A DNA stretch of 61,644 bases, taken from positions 1 to 61,644 of the IMG/VR virus record IMGVR_UViG_3300032069_000399; one strand, written 5' to 3'. Under the pieces are notes generated by a model. The model ran no database searches. It saw nothing but the letters and a program-made list of their open reading frames with translations, and was not told the DNA's origin. This document shows positions 48,298-58,084 of this stretch, piece after piece. Every line of letters begins with the position of its first letter. Position 1 is the stretch's first letter. The DNA is from a virus (taxonomy: Duplodnaviria > Caudoviricetes). A program made the translations under genes and the position numbers.

Positions 48298-51140
48298 TTG
48301 AGAACCCCCTCCGCCAAACACAAGTTCCGCAGATCGCACTCCTTGCAGATTGCCGACTCAGGAAGTATTTTCACCGCGAACGCGCCCGCCTGGATGCGGC
48401 TAACTGTCTCATCGAAATGACGCCCCGCCTCCTCAACGCGCTTTGGATCGTAGGGCAAAACCATCAGCGCATCTTGCTTATCACGCTCGGAAGTCCAGTA
48501 AAGAAGCAGCCGATCAACGTGTCTCCCATGTCGTCGCTCCAGGATGTGTGCATAGGTGCAGAGCTGTCGCTCATATGCGGCGATCAGATCCCGCCTGTCC
48601 TTGGGCCGCGGTGACGTCTTGAAATCCAGCAACTCCAGCTTGCCGTCCCCTCCAAGCAGAAGATCTACCTTGCCTGCAAGGATGTAACCATCCTTTTCGA
48701 TCGAAACGTCCACTTCAGTCTGAATCACGCGGCGCATCTCCGGTTGATTCTGGCAAAAGTAGTTCATCACCTGACCAAATCCGGCTTCCCTCGCCGTGTC
48801 GCCGATGGGACGCACATCACTCAGGCAAAGGAATCGGAAGGTCCGGTCAAAAAGCTCCCGGATGCGAGGCTCGTCTAGAGTGTCAAGTCTGCCGTCAAGT
48901 GCTATGCGGTGGATTTCCTCAATAGTTTGGTGCACGAGCAATCCGAAAAAAATGACCGCCGAGCGGGAGGGCGTGAAGTCGTACTCGCGGAAGAACTGAT
49001 ACTGGCGCGGGCAAGTCTCGTATATCCTGAGGTCGCCTGTAAAGCTGTAGGTCTTTTTAACTGGCATTCGGTCATGCAGCGCGAAGCGTTGGGCCGCAAG
49101 GAGGTCCTTCTGCACGTAGGGCCACTGTGGAAGGCCCTGCCAGATGGGTGCGAAGTGATCTTTAGGCGGCTCGGAGGCGGTAAGTACTAGCACGTTTTGG
49201 GGTCGGGAGAAGGCGACGTAGTGCAGGCGCATTCGGTCAAACAACGTGATGCGAGCTTCAGGCTCGAACGGCAGCCGGTGATAGAAGGGGCCGAGGTCGC
49301 GATCGATCTGCTTTTGGCTCGATAGCTGGGTCGACAAAGAACCAACCACGACGACCGGAAATTCCAGCCCCTTGGCTTGATGGATCGTCATTACCTGCAC
49401 GTAACCCTTGGGAAAGGGCCGGTCGGGGTCCTCGTACTCGTTGATGCCGCCGTCGTAAAGCAACCGCAGGAAACTGTTGAAAAGGTGGAAGCGCAGGAAC
49501 TCGCGATTCCTGTGCGTGACCACCGTATAGTGGTAGTAGTTCTGAAAGACGTTCAGGAGCTCAGAGAAGATCGCGAGGTTCCGGGCTGAGTTTTCCTCCT
49601 TGAGTGCCGCGACAAAGGGTTGGAGCGCGAGCAACCGGTAGAGGTAGTCCGCAGGGCGAAGGTCGAGGGCTTCACCTTCCTTGAGACGCGCGATCTCATC
49701 GGTCCATTCGCGGAGCACGCTGGAGAGAGGATGAGGCGCTGCAAAGCGACGTCCCAGTTCAACGATCGCACTGTCCACGTAAGTTGCGAGTTCCGCCACA
49801 GCGCCGGCGACTTGGCCGCGCCCCGCGCCGTGCCATCCAAAGAGGACGGCGAAGCAGCCGACCATGTCACGGATCACGTCGCTTTCGAAGTAGGCCCGTG
49901 CACGAGGACAGAACGCCGGGATGCCGTGCGCCGCCAGGGCGGCCAAGTAAGAGCCACTGTGGTCCTGTCGCACGCTGTGCAGCAAAAGCGCTACCTGACT
50001 GAAGTCTGCAATGATTGCGTTCTTCATGAGGAACTCGACCAGGTCTGCGAACCGTGTGGCCTCGTCGCGACGGTTACTACCCCAGATAGCGATGACTGCG
50101 GGGTAGGCAGGGTGTGTGGAGGCTTCGTTGGCTGTGATGGTTTTGTCGTAGCGGAAGGGCGTGCCCGCCGGGTTCGACCAGTCGGCCGAAGACATCCAAC
50201 GATCGTACCGCTCGACGATCGCACGGTGCGAGCGGTAATTGGTTGTGAGCTTGATCACGGTGCAGCCAGGCATGCGCTGCGGAAACTCCAGGATGTTCCG
50301 GACCGTTGCACCCCGGAAGCGATACAGGCTCTGGTCCTCATCGCCCACCACGCACAGGTTGCGCGTCCGCTCCGTTAGCTTCAAGAGTAGCCGCTCCTGC
50401 ACGTAGTTCGTGTCCTGGTACTCATCCACAAGAACGTATTTAAGCTGTCGCGTGACGGCTTCAGCGGTGCCGGCATCGTCAAGGATGTCGAGAACGGTAC
50501 GTTGCAGATGAGCAAAGTCGATACGGTTGGCCCCGAGAAGAGCCTTCTGGTAGGCTTGGTAGGCATTCCCGATCGTCGCGAGGAAAGGATCTCCAGAACC
50601 GACGAGTTGTGCCGGATCAACAAGTTCCTCTGTGATTTTGTCAAAGTAGCCGCGTACGCCCTCGATCGCGGTCCAGCGGGTCTTCCATTTGCCAAGATAG
50701 AGGTCGTTCTTCGCAGGTCCGATGATCGCCTCGAACTGCTCAAAGATGAACAGGAGCTGGGTCAGCTCGTCGAGGGTCTCGTAGTTGTTGCCTAATGCCG
50801 TGTGGTGCCGGTGTTGGGTCAGCACGCGATTACAAAGGCTGTGGATGGTGGAAACGGTCAGTTCCGACAAATCGTGGTGGTACCCAACCTTTCGTGCAGC
50901 TGCGGCCAACCGGTCGCGCATCTCGAAAGCAGCCTTCACGGTGAAAGTGCAGAGAACGAGTTGCTTCGGCTCTGCCTTTTCAAGAAGCAACAAGTTCAGC
51001 GCACGTAGCACAATGCTGTAGGTTTTGCCGGAGCCCGGTCCCGCGATAACCAGCAGTGGCCCGTCGACATGGCCTACGACTTCGCGCTGCGCGTTGCTCA
51101 GCTCCGGGTAGTGCTGTGGAATGGCCGGGGCGATGTTCAT
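48294..51140 (-). CDS. UvrD/Rep SF1 helicase fused to PD-(D/E)xK nuclease with Cys cluster
   Basis: AGPGSGKT, VDEYQD, TIHQAKGLEF; CPRQY, GKVD..LDFKT, CKECDLRNLC. Confidence 0.9.
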   Translation of the reverse strand: MNIAPAIPQHYPELSNAQREVVGHVDGPLLVIAGPGSGKTYSIVLRALNLLLLEKAEPKQLVLCTFTVKAAFEMRDRLAAAARKVGYHHDLSELTVSTIHSLCNRVLTQHRHHTALGNNYETLDELTQLLFIFEQFEAIIGPAKNDLYLGKWKTRWTAIEGVRGYFDKITEELVDPAQLVGSGDPFLATIGNAYQAYQKALLGANRIDFAHLQRTVLDILDDAGTAEAVTRQLKYVLVDEYQDTNYVQERLLLKLTERTRNLCVVGDEDQSLYRFRGATVRNILEFPQRMPGCTVIKLTTNYRSHRAIVERYDRWMSSADWSNPAGTPFRYDKTITANEASTHPAYPAVIAIWGSNRRDEATRFADLVEFLMKNAIIADFSQVALLLHSVRQDHSGSYLAALAAHGIPAFCPRARAYFESDVIRDMVGCFAVLFGWHGAGRGQVAGAVAELATYVDSAIVELGRRFAAPHPLSSVLREWTDEIARLKEGEALDLRPADYLYRLLALQPFVAALKEENSARNLAIFSELLNVFQNYYHYTVVTHRNREFLRFHLFNSFLRLLYDGGINEYEDPDRPFPKGYVQVMTIHQAKGLEFPVVVVGSLSTQLSSQKQIDRDLGPFYHRLPFEPEARITLFDRMRLHYVAFSRPQNVLVLTASEPPKDHFAPIWQGLPQWPYVQKDLLAAQRFALHDRMPVKKTYSFTGDLRIYETCPRQYQFFREYDFTPSRSAVIFFGLLVHQTIEEIHRIALDGRLDTLDEPRIRELFDRTFRFLCLSDVRPIGDTAREAGFGQVMNYFCQNQPEMRRVIQTEVDVSIEKDGYILAGKVDLLLGGDGKLELLDFKTSPRPKDRRDLIAAYERQLCTYAHILERRHGRHVDRLLLYWTSERDKQDALMVLPYDPKRVEEAGRHFDETVSRIQAGAFAVKILPESAICKECDLRNLCLAEGVLK

Positions 51141-51826
51141 AGGAGCCCTGCCTTCCGAAAGCTGAAAGACTCGTTCGCCGAGACGATCAAATGGTCGACG
51201 ATCTTTACTCCGACTGTCTCGGCTGCCAACAAAATGGAGCGAGTGAGTACCTTATCCTGCTCGCTCGGGGTGACCTGACCGTTCGGGTGGTTATGGGCAA
51301 TCACGAGCGCAGCCGCACCGCGGCGGAGCGCCGACTCGATCACCCGGCGCGGGTAAACGGCCGCACGGTCAATTGTTCCTTCTTGGAGCGTCTCGACACC
51401 ATCTCGCAGCAGGTGATAGCAGGAGTCGAGGTACCCGACCTGAAACACTTCGTTCTGCAGAGCACCGATGCGCATTCTCCAGAAATCGGCGAGCCGTGAG
51501 GCGTCGGCAAGGGAATCCTGATGCTCACCATTCTGCTGGAGGTAGAGAGTCGCAGCCGCCCTGATGATCTTCAGTGCCACCGGTGTCACGGAACCGATGC
51601 CCTTGACGGCTTGCAGATCTTCTATCGGAGCGTCGAGGATACCGCGCAGGTTGGCGAACCTGGCAATCAGCGCCTTTGCACTTTGCTTTACGTCCGACCG
51701 CGGAATGGCAAGCGTGAGCAGGAGCTCAACGACTTCGTAATCGGCGAAACCATCGAGGCCGGACTTCAGGAAGCGTTTGCGGAGCCGCTGCCGGTGGCCA
51801 AGGTTATTGGGAACGCTTTCGCTCAT
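51137..51826 (-). CDS. radC: RadC family protein (HhH + JAB)
   Basis: GHRQRLR, VKGIG, YPRRV, HNHPNG..PS.QD, DHLIV. Confidence 0.92.
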   Translation of the reverse strand: MSESVPNNLGHRQRLRKRFLKSGLDGFADYEVVELLLTLAIPRSDVKQSAKALIARFANLRGILDAPIEDLQAVKGIGSVTPVALKIIRAAATLYLQQNGEHQDSLADASRLADFWRMRIGALQNEVFQVGYLDSCYHLLRDGVETLQEGTIDRAAVYPRRVIESALRRGAAALVIAHNHPNGQVTPSEQDKVLTRSILLAAETVGVKIVDHLIVSANESFSFRKAGLL

Positions 51827-52041
51827 AAAGAAGCACTCGCATAAGTTATGCACGGCGACACACAGCGTAAACCCTGCACTTATCTTGTTTCTCTGGCTCC
51901 GCTAGCCCGTCGCTGTCGTTGAAGAACGGGATGGTTTGCACATAATCGGCCTTGAGGTCGAGGTGGTCGCATTTGTGAACTCACTCAGCCATTTGCCACA
52001 GCTGGGCTCCGTATCAGACGGTGGCGCCGGTTTCCGTGCCA

Positions 52042-52248
52042 TCAGTCTCTCTCGTTACCTCTGTTGGTGCTATCCTGACCGGCGCCGCCGGCATGAACCC
52101 ATTCATCGATCTCCGAAAGCTTGAACTTCCAGAGCCTCCCCACCCGGTGAGCTGGCAAGCCCTTGCTCTCGATCCAGCGGTAAACCGAGTCTTTGGCCAC
52201 ACCGAGGTGACGTGCAACTTTGTCAATAGCAACCCAAGGTTCAGGCAT
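52042..52248 (-). CDS. Excisionase-type HTH regulator of the defence operon
   Basis: VARHLGVAKDSVYRWIE.KGLPAHRVGRLWKFK. Confidence 0.85.
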   Translation of the reverse strand: MPEPWVAIDKVARHLGVAKDSVYRWIESKGLPAHRVGRLWKFKLSEIDEWVHAGGAGQDSTNRGNERD

Positions 52249-52675
52249 CGTCTTTCCTATGGCTACGTTCTAGAGTTTTCCCTTCCGGGCTTGCTCCCGG
52301 TCAGCCTTCAGCGAGGCTACTACCATCGAAGCATGAGAACAAGAACAAACGTTACTCTATGAAAGTCGACGAGAACCAACGACGCCTCCCAGTGATGCCG
52401 AGGCGAGCAAACCTGGGAGGTCAAAGGACTGGAGGGCCTGTGTTTCCTCCGAAAAGTCCGTCGGATGTGCATTTGGAGTTGTCTGCATCCGGGATGTGCC
52501 TGCTCCTTCGCCCATCTGTTAGGATTTGCTGCAGGAGCAATTCAGCAGGTTTTTCCTGGCCTCACATTCAAAGATTGCGGTCAGTGCGCGGACAGAGAGC
52601 AAAAGAGAAGATTCTGCCTTCCACCGTGATCGATGGGAGAAGTGTATTTCATTGACAGAGTGGGCCTTGTAAGGG

Positions 52676-53524
52676 TTAGGTCTGTTCGTCAAGTTGTTTG
52701 AGCGATTTATTACCCTCAGTTTTCCAGGCGGTAAGTCCATTTGCGCTTCCGCCATGTATGACAGCCGCCGCCGCGGATGGACTGGAGAACTCCGCATCCC
52801 TGGTGAAAACCAAGAATCCGTCCTTTTCGGTGAGCACGCCCTCGGCGATGAGTTGTTTGCGCTGGATTATGACATATGGATAGTTCTCGGCAGAGGGGCG
52901 CTCCTCCAAGACGGCGGTAGAGCCCTGGAAAATCACGAAGCCGTTCGCTGAACGCTGGCCTCTCCCCTCGGCGCCCTTGATACGGCAGTAAAGCACGCCC
53001 CCGGGCTGAGCTATCGCAGCGGGTTGAGCGATCGGTGTAAGGATATCGGAACCGAGGACCGGGAGCAGCTGCCGAATTCGGGCAAGAAATACCTCCATGT
53101 CCTCTCGGTCTGATTCAGGAAGTTTTGAGCCGCCAGCCTGATTCTGTTCGAGCGTGAACCTGTTGATCCGAGCGGTTTCAGCGAGGAGCCGGCTCTCAAG
53201 GTACCTCACATGGGCCTTGGTCAAGTTCTCATCCTTGCTGACGAAGACGATGGCCGAAACCCAAAACTCCTTTGCCTTGTGCTGCTTGATTCGTTCGCGG
53301 ATTATCTCCGCCTCACCAATGTAAGCGCGGGGTGCGTTGGTAAGAGGGTCGTTGCCCGTGAGTATATAGACTCCAGCCTTGTCGAGTTCCTCGCGAGCCA
53401 GAAGTTCATCAAGTTCGGTGCGGGGAGCGGCGACAGCCTTTCCGGTCCAGTTAGAGATTTCGGCGGTGCGCAGGCTTTTCGCATCTCCGCGTGGAAGGTA
53501 GAGCCTGATAGTTGCCGATGTCAT
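52676..53524 (-). CDS. GIY-YIG nuclease with DUF4357-like C-terminal domain
   Basis: GVYIL...AYIGE; FSSPSAAA..I.G.SANG..AWK. Confidence 0.85.
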   Translation of the reverse strand: MTSATIRLYLPRGDAKSLRTAEISNWTGKAVAAPRTELDELLAREELDKAGVYILTGNDPLTNAPRAYIGEAEIIRERIKQHKAKEFWVSAIVFVSKDENLTKAHVRYLESRLLAETARINRFTLEQNQAGGSKLPESDREDMEVFLARIRQLLPVLGSDILTPIAQPAAIAQPGGVLYCRIKGAEGRGQRSANGFVIFQGSTAVLEERPSAENYPYVIIQRKQLIAEGVLTEKDGFLVFTRDAEFSSPSAAAAVIHGGSANGLTAWKTEGNKSLKQLDEQT

Positions 53525-53563
53525 GTGAGCTCCATGTTCTACCATATCGTTCCGGCAAGGGTG

Positions 53564-54418
53564 TCATACCGATCCTTCGACTATACTGAGCACCACGCCC
53601 TTGATCTCGAACTGGTCGGTTTCCATGACCTCAATGTCCGCATACTGCGGATTCATGGATTTGAGGACAATGCGTCCTTCCCGGTGCAGGTACTTTTTCA
53701 CTACCACACCGCCATTGACTGTCGCAACGACAATATTGCCGGGGTGCGGCTCTTTAATGTAATCGACCAGGATTAGGTCACCATCCTGGATCCTCGGCGC
53801 CATTGAATCGCCCTTCACGCGGATGACGTAGCGGTTTTCCTTCGCCAGGTGCCGCACGACTTTGTGTGTGCTCGCTGTCGGGTCTGCAAGGAACTCGTCC
53901 GGCCTGCCCGCGGGAATGCGGAACTGGTCGAAAAACGGGAGGTCTGCGTACCGCTCCTCCTGCGGCTCGTCGTGCTCATGCCGGGGATCGTTGTAGTCGA
54001 CGGCGGGCGATTCTTTTACCGTGAAGTCGCCCTTGATCACGTTGCCCGCGGGGGGCGATTCTCTTGGCGCCGGCGACGCCGGCGCGGCCTCGAGCCAGTC
54101 ATCAATATTCCGGCTGACGCTGCGGAATCCGGGCACGTACATCGTTTCATACAGGCGTTTCATCCTTATGTAGCACTCCCGGAGCTCTTCCGGATCCGGC
54201 GGATGGCTCGTCGCTGCCTCGATGTCCCCGAGCGTAATGCCGAGCACATCGCACAAAGCCTCGATCCACTTCTCGCTTAAGGTGCGGGAGCCATTGAGGA
54301 TATGGGACACCGTCGCCTGGCTGCATCCAAGCGCTTTTGCAAGATCCTTTTGTCGGATCTTCCCCATCTCCTGCTTTTCCGCATAGATAGCCGCGATCGC
54401 CTTTTGTATCTTTCCCAT
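53564..54418 (-). CDS. CI-like repressor (HTH + S24 peptidase)
   Basis: QKDLAKALGCSQATVS HTH; PAG cleavage site; VKGDSM and VKKY catalytic motifs. Confidence 0.93.
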   Translation of the reverse strand: MGKIQKAIAAIYAEKQEMGKIRQKDLAKALGCSQATVSHILNGSRTLSEKWIEALCDVLGITLGDIEAATSHPPDPEELRECYIRMKRLYETMYVPGFRSVSRNIDDWLEAAPASPAPRESPPAGNVIKGDFTVKESPAVDYNDPRHEHDEPQEERYADLPFFDQFRIPAGRPDEFLADPTASTHKVVRHLAKENRYVIRVKGDSMAPRIQDGDLILVDYIKEPHPGNIVVATVNGGVVVKKYLHREGRIVLKSMNPQYADIEVMETDQFEIKGVVLSIVEGSV

Positions 54419-54420
54419 GG

Positions 54421-54516
54421 ATTATTACTATTAGTGATAATCTTCGCGATTACAAGCAGTATTTATGCGGTTATAGCATTTTCTATCTTGACTGAGGTAT
54501 TGCGGGCGGCTATCGT
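54421..54516. promoter_or_regulatory. CI/Cro switch region: 21-bp palindrome and rightward promoter
   Basis: attattacta-t-tagtgataat (1 mismatch) at 54421-54441; TTGACT(54488)-17bp-TATCGT(54511). Confidence 0.6.
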
Positions 54517-54525
54517 GCGGTCACT

Positions 54526-54804
54526 ATGAAGCGGCAATCCATTAAGACTTATAAAAACATCAGAGACTTTCTTAAAGGCTCCGGGACGACCGAAGCCGAG
54601 TTCGCCCAACTGGCCTGCATCTCCCAGGCTCACGTGAACATGATCAAGAACGGCACCCGCCGCCCGACCCCGGAGGTCGCGGCGCGACTGGAGGCCATCA
54701 CCGGCGTTCCCCTGAGAACCCTCCTGCTCAAGTGCGAGAGGAAGCCCCGCAAGGGATCACGACCGCGTCAGGCGGCAAATGCGCCGCTCTCGCGGGCCGG
54801 GTGA
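54526..54804 (+). CDS. Cro-like HTH protein
   Basis: EFAQLACISQAHVNMIKNGTRRP; divergent from the repressor. Confidence 0.85.
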   Translation: MKRQSIKTYKNIRDFLKGSGTTEAEFAQLACISQAHVNMIKNGTRRPTPEVAARLEAITGVPLRTLLLKCERKPRKGSRPRQAANAPLSRAG

Positions 54805-54921
54805 ATTTCAAAAATCCGGGTGGGAAGCCACAGCTATACGACTTGCCCGGACCCTTTGCAATCATTTTTTTCGAACTGATTTGAGGTGAAACTCAAGTCC
54901 TTATTTAGGGCCAATTTACAG

Positions 54922-54980
54922 TCCGGAGGCAATCATGGAAAAGTTCATGAAGGCAAAAAGCGAACAGGCGTTTTTCAAGG
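54922..54980 (+). repeat. Diverged duplicate of the RBS and first 15 codons of the AAA ATPase gene
   Basis: 49/59 identical to 58072-58130 by manual alignment. Confidence 0.8.
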
Positions 54981-55095
54981 TTGCAAGAAGCTGCTTCGCA
55001 AGCAGCTGGACGCATCGGCCAGCAGGACACAATCAACGCGATTTGTGAGTTAATTGTCCAAACTTACCGAGGTGAATAAATGGTGAACATTGAGC

Positions 55096-55124
55096 TTGAC
55101 TCGGTTGGTCACGACGGCTATAAA
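55096..55124 (+). promoter_or_regulatory. Putative sigma70 promoter
   Basis: TTGACT-17bp-TATAAA upstream of 55178. Confidence 0.5.
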
Positions 55125-55177
55125 GGTCCGCTGCCTTAAACTACCGCATTCTCGGAATTATTTCGCAGGATTGGCGT

Positions 55178-56233
55178 ATGCCTCTCGGAAGTCTGCAGGG
55201 AATCATTATCGCTTATGCCCAGCACCTCTATGAAGCGGGCCGATTGCGGGCCCTCGACTCTTCGATCGAATACCCATATGACGGCCCCGTCTTCGCCTTC
55301 AGACGCAAGGGCGACGATTTCGAGATCATCGACAACACAGGGAAAACCGTCAAATTGCCCAGCGGCGAAGAGGTCGTGGTATCCGTAAATCATCGTTTTT
55401 TCGGTAAACCCAAAAGCAACCAGGTCAAGGCGGCATTTGGGAGATTCCAGTACTGGGAAAGCAAGATCCAGAAGGTTCGGAAGGACACTAAGACGGGTTA
55501 CCCTGACATGCTGCAACGGGAACTCGAGATCATAGCCAAGAAGTTGTTGCCGCTTGCCATCGACATCCTGAAACCGGCAGCCGAATCATATTCCCTGCTC
55601 GAGATCGACCCGGAAGCAGGGCAGACTTGCTGGACACATCCCCCATGCGATCTCAGGTGCCGAGCGGGCGCACTGGAATCAGGAGAAAGCGTACCGGCTG
55701 AGATTCAGGTAAAGGTAGAAGAATTCAACGACCTTCTCTGGGAAATGAAGAGGGAGATCAAAGGCATAAGGAAAGAAGAGTTTACGCGCGCGAAGCCGTG
55801 GCCGGGAGAAGCTGATGCCGGCGCAAAATGTTGTGAGGCGTTCAGTCAAAAAGAAATGACAGAGCCAGCACTGTGCGACAGCACGAATAGGGAGCGAGCG
55901 AGCGGTCCAGTAATCCGAATCCAGGCAGGAGAATCAGGTGAGGTTCCGGGTCCAGCTCCGCAAGTCGACAGCCGGAATGGACGGACGAAACCGAGGAAAG
56001 CAGCGCCAAAGGATGATCCGTGCGCCGCAGAACGGCGCGCCGCAGTGGAGGCTTACATGGCCGAAGTACTCGAGAAGACCGGAAAACGGATCACACGGGC
56101 CGATATCTGGAGATCCGCGCGCTACAAGACCCGGACGGAATTCGAGAGATGGCAGCGCGACGACCCCAAAGCCACAAGGACCGCGGGCGAACGATTCACC
56201 CGGCTGCTGAAGGAAAAGCCACACCTGAAATAA
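55178..56233 (+). CDS. Hypothetical protein with C-terminal HTH-like domain (candidate activator)
   Basis: ITRADIWRSARYKTRTEFERWQR resembles an HTH; immediately followed by the repeat array. Confidence 0.55.
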   Translation: MPLGSLQGIIIAYAQHLYEAGRLRALDSSIEYPYDGPVFAFRRKGDDFEIIDNTGKTVKLPSGEEVVVSVNHRFFGKPKSNQVKAAFGRFQYWESKIQKVRKDTKTGYPDMLQRELEIIAKKLLPLAIDILKPAAESYSLLEIDPEAGQTCWTHPPCDLRCRAGALESGESVPAEIQVKVEEFNDLLWEMKREIKGIRKEEFTRAKPWPGEADAGAKCCEAFSQKEMTEPALCDSTNRERASGPVIRIQAGESGEVPGPAPQVDSRNGRTKPRKAAPKDDPCAAERRAAVEAYMAEVLEKTGKRITRADIWRSARYKTRTEFERWQRDDPKATRTAGERFTRLLKEKPHLK

Positions 56234-56240
56234 TTTCCCG

Positions 56241-56337
56241 CGCATTTCCCCGCATCCCCCCGCATTGCCTCTCAATTTTCCACGCAAGGCCACGCATTTC
56301 CCCGCATTGACCCACGCTATGCAAGGAACCCTACTAT
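56241..56337 (+). promoter_or_regulatory. Phased CGCAT repeats and promoter TTGACC-19bp-TACTAT
   Basis: CGCAT at 56241, 56251, 56261, 56293, 56303; homologous to 3892-3956. Confidence 0.65.
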
Positions 56338-56343
56338 CCCCGC

Positions 56344-57192
56344 ATGAAGATCGCGGACATAAGAATCGGCAGGCGGTCGCGCAAGGACCCGGGGGATATC
56401 GAATCGCTGGCCCGCAGCATCGAAACCACGGGGCTTATCCACCCGATCGCAGTCACCCGGGATGGCGGCCTGGTCGCCGGCTTCCGGCGCATCGAGGCTT
56501 TCAAGCTCCTTGGACGGGACGAGATCCCGCACCGCGTGATCAATTCCATTGATGATGCCTTGAAGATCCTCCGGGCCGAGCGCGACGAAAACACCGAGCG
56601 CAAGCCGTTCACTCCATCCGAGGCGCTCGAATTGGCAGAGCGTCTCGAACCTCTGGAGCGGGAAGCGGCGCGACAACGGCGCCAGAAGACCGAATTTCCG
56701 AAGGCAGGCGCCGCAAGTCCAATCGAATCAGGAGTGGAAAAATTTTCCACACCGTGCGGCGGCCGCGCCTCCGACAGAGTTGCGGCCGCCATCGGCCTTT
56801 CCCGTCCGACTCTCGCGAAAATTAAGGCCGTCACAGAAGCGGCAAAGCAGGATCCCGCGCGTTACCAGCCACTCGTCGAGGAGATGGACCGCACCGGGAA
56901 AGTGGATCGCGTTTCCAGGCAGCTCGGCCGCATGCAAGCGGAGGATGCGGGGCCCATTCCGGCGGAGGCCTCCCGACGCAATCCGGAATGGCGCTGGACC
57001 ATGGCTTTTCACGATCTCTACAAGTTCATGAATTCGACGCGGGATGCCGGCGGAATCGAGCGCCTCGTGGCGTCATGGCACGGAAAGGCCCGGGCTCAGT
57101 ACCTCGAGGAAATCCGCAAGGTGATCGCGGTCCTCGAGCGCTGGGCGTCATATCTGGAAAGGGGGAAAGATGAAGTCGAAAGAGCGGGTTGA
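56344..57192 (+). CDS. ParB N-terminal domain protein
   Basis: LARSIETTGLIHPI.V...LVAGFRR, EN.ERK.FTPSE, HTH. Confidence 0.85.
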   Translation: MKIADIRIGRRSRKDPGDIESLARSIETTGLIHPIAVTRDGGLVAGFRRIEAFKLLGRDEIPHRVINSIDDALKILRAERDENTERKPFTPSEALELAERLEPLEREAARQRRQKTEFPKAGAASPIESGVEKFSTPCGGRASDRVAAAIGLSRPTLAKIKAVTEAAKQDPARYQPLVEEMDRTGKVDRVSRQLGRMQAEDAGPIPAEASRRNPEWRWTMAFHDLYKFMNSTRDAGGIERLVASWHGKARAQYLEEIRKVIAVLERWASYLERGKDEVERAG

Positions 57193-57604
57193 GGAAACAA
57201 CGATCGAGCGTTTCGTCGGCTGTCTTCAGGCGGTGAACCGCTGGGCGACCATTGGCGAATTCGTCGACGCACTCGACGAGGCGAACTTCTGGGACGAGGC
57301 CTTCTACTCGAAAGTAGAGGATCAGGCGAAAAAGCAGTTTATCCGCCGCATGATCCGGAAGGCCAAGGACGACACAGACTGGCCGATCTGGGCGAACGTC
57401 AAGATCCAGGATGCCGCCACCGGTGTCGAGGTCCGCGTTTACAAGCAGGAATCCCTGTTCGATGTAGCGGACTACGCCCAGGTCTGCGCGTATCACCACC
57501 AGGCGGGGCTTCACCATTTCGGCATGGCGCGCGGCTACAAGGACCGCGCGGAGCGGCGGTTCGGAAAGCAGATCACATTCGCGTTCGAAAATAGCGCGGC
57601 TTGA
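57170..57604 (+). CDS. Hypothetical protein
   Basis: Overlapping operon gene with GGGGG RBS. Confidence 0.6.
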   Translation: MKSKERVEETTIERFVGCLQAVNRWATIGEFVDALDEANFWDEAFYSKVEDQAKKQFIRRMIRKAKDDTDWPIWANVKIQDAATGVEVRVYKQESLFDVADYAQVCAYHHQAGLHHFGMARGYKDRAERRFGKQITFAFENSAA

Positions 57605-57619
57605 ATGCAGGCGAAGTCC

Positions 57620-58084
57620 ATGAAAACCATCACCCTCTCCAATGGACAAATCGCGCTCGTTGACGACGAGGACTTTGGATTCCTATCCCAATATCGATGG
57701 TACCTGTCGGTTCAGAAATACGCAGCAAGGATGAGCGGCCGCAAGCAGTTATATATGCATCGCGTCATCATGGGGAATCCGCCGGGCAAAGAGATCGATC
57801 ACATTAACTACGACGGGCTGGACAACCGAAAGCAGAACCTACGAGTTTGCGAGCATCGCGAAAACATCAGGGCGCAGAGGCGAACCAACAGAGGGACTTC
57901 TCAATACCGGGGTGTCCATTTCGATGCGAGCAGGATTACCCAGAGGAACAAGTGGGCAGCAAAAATAATGGTCGATAGGAAGACCATCCATATCGGCCGT
58001 TACGCAACAGAAAAGGACGCGGCATGGGCCTACCAACAGGCTGCGCGCCGCTATTTCGGCAACTTCTATCATCCGGAGGCAATC
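57620..58084 (+). CDS. HNH-AP2 homing-endonuclease-like domain, no stop, reads in frame into the AAA gene
   Basis: ALVDDED, MHRVI, DHIN.DGLDNRKQNLR, SQYRGV..W.AKI..GRY.TEKDAA.AY. Confidence 0.85.

Noticed and set aside
54922-54980. DGR template for the AAA gene start
   Set aside because: Mismatches are bidirectional transitions including C/T, not adenine-specific
56241-56345. CRISPR array
   Set aside because: Units are about 10 bp with no unique spacers, and there are no cas genes
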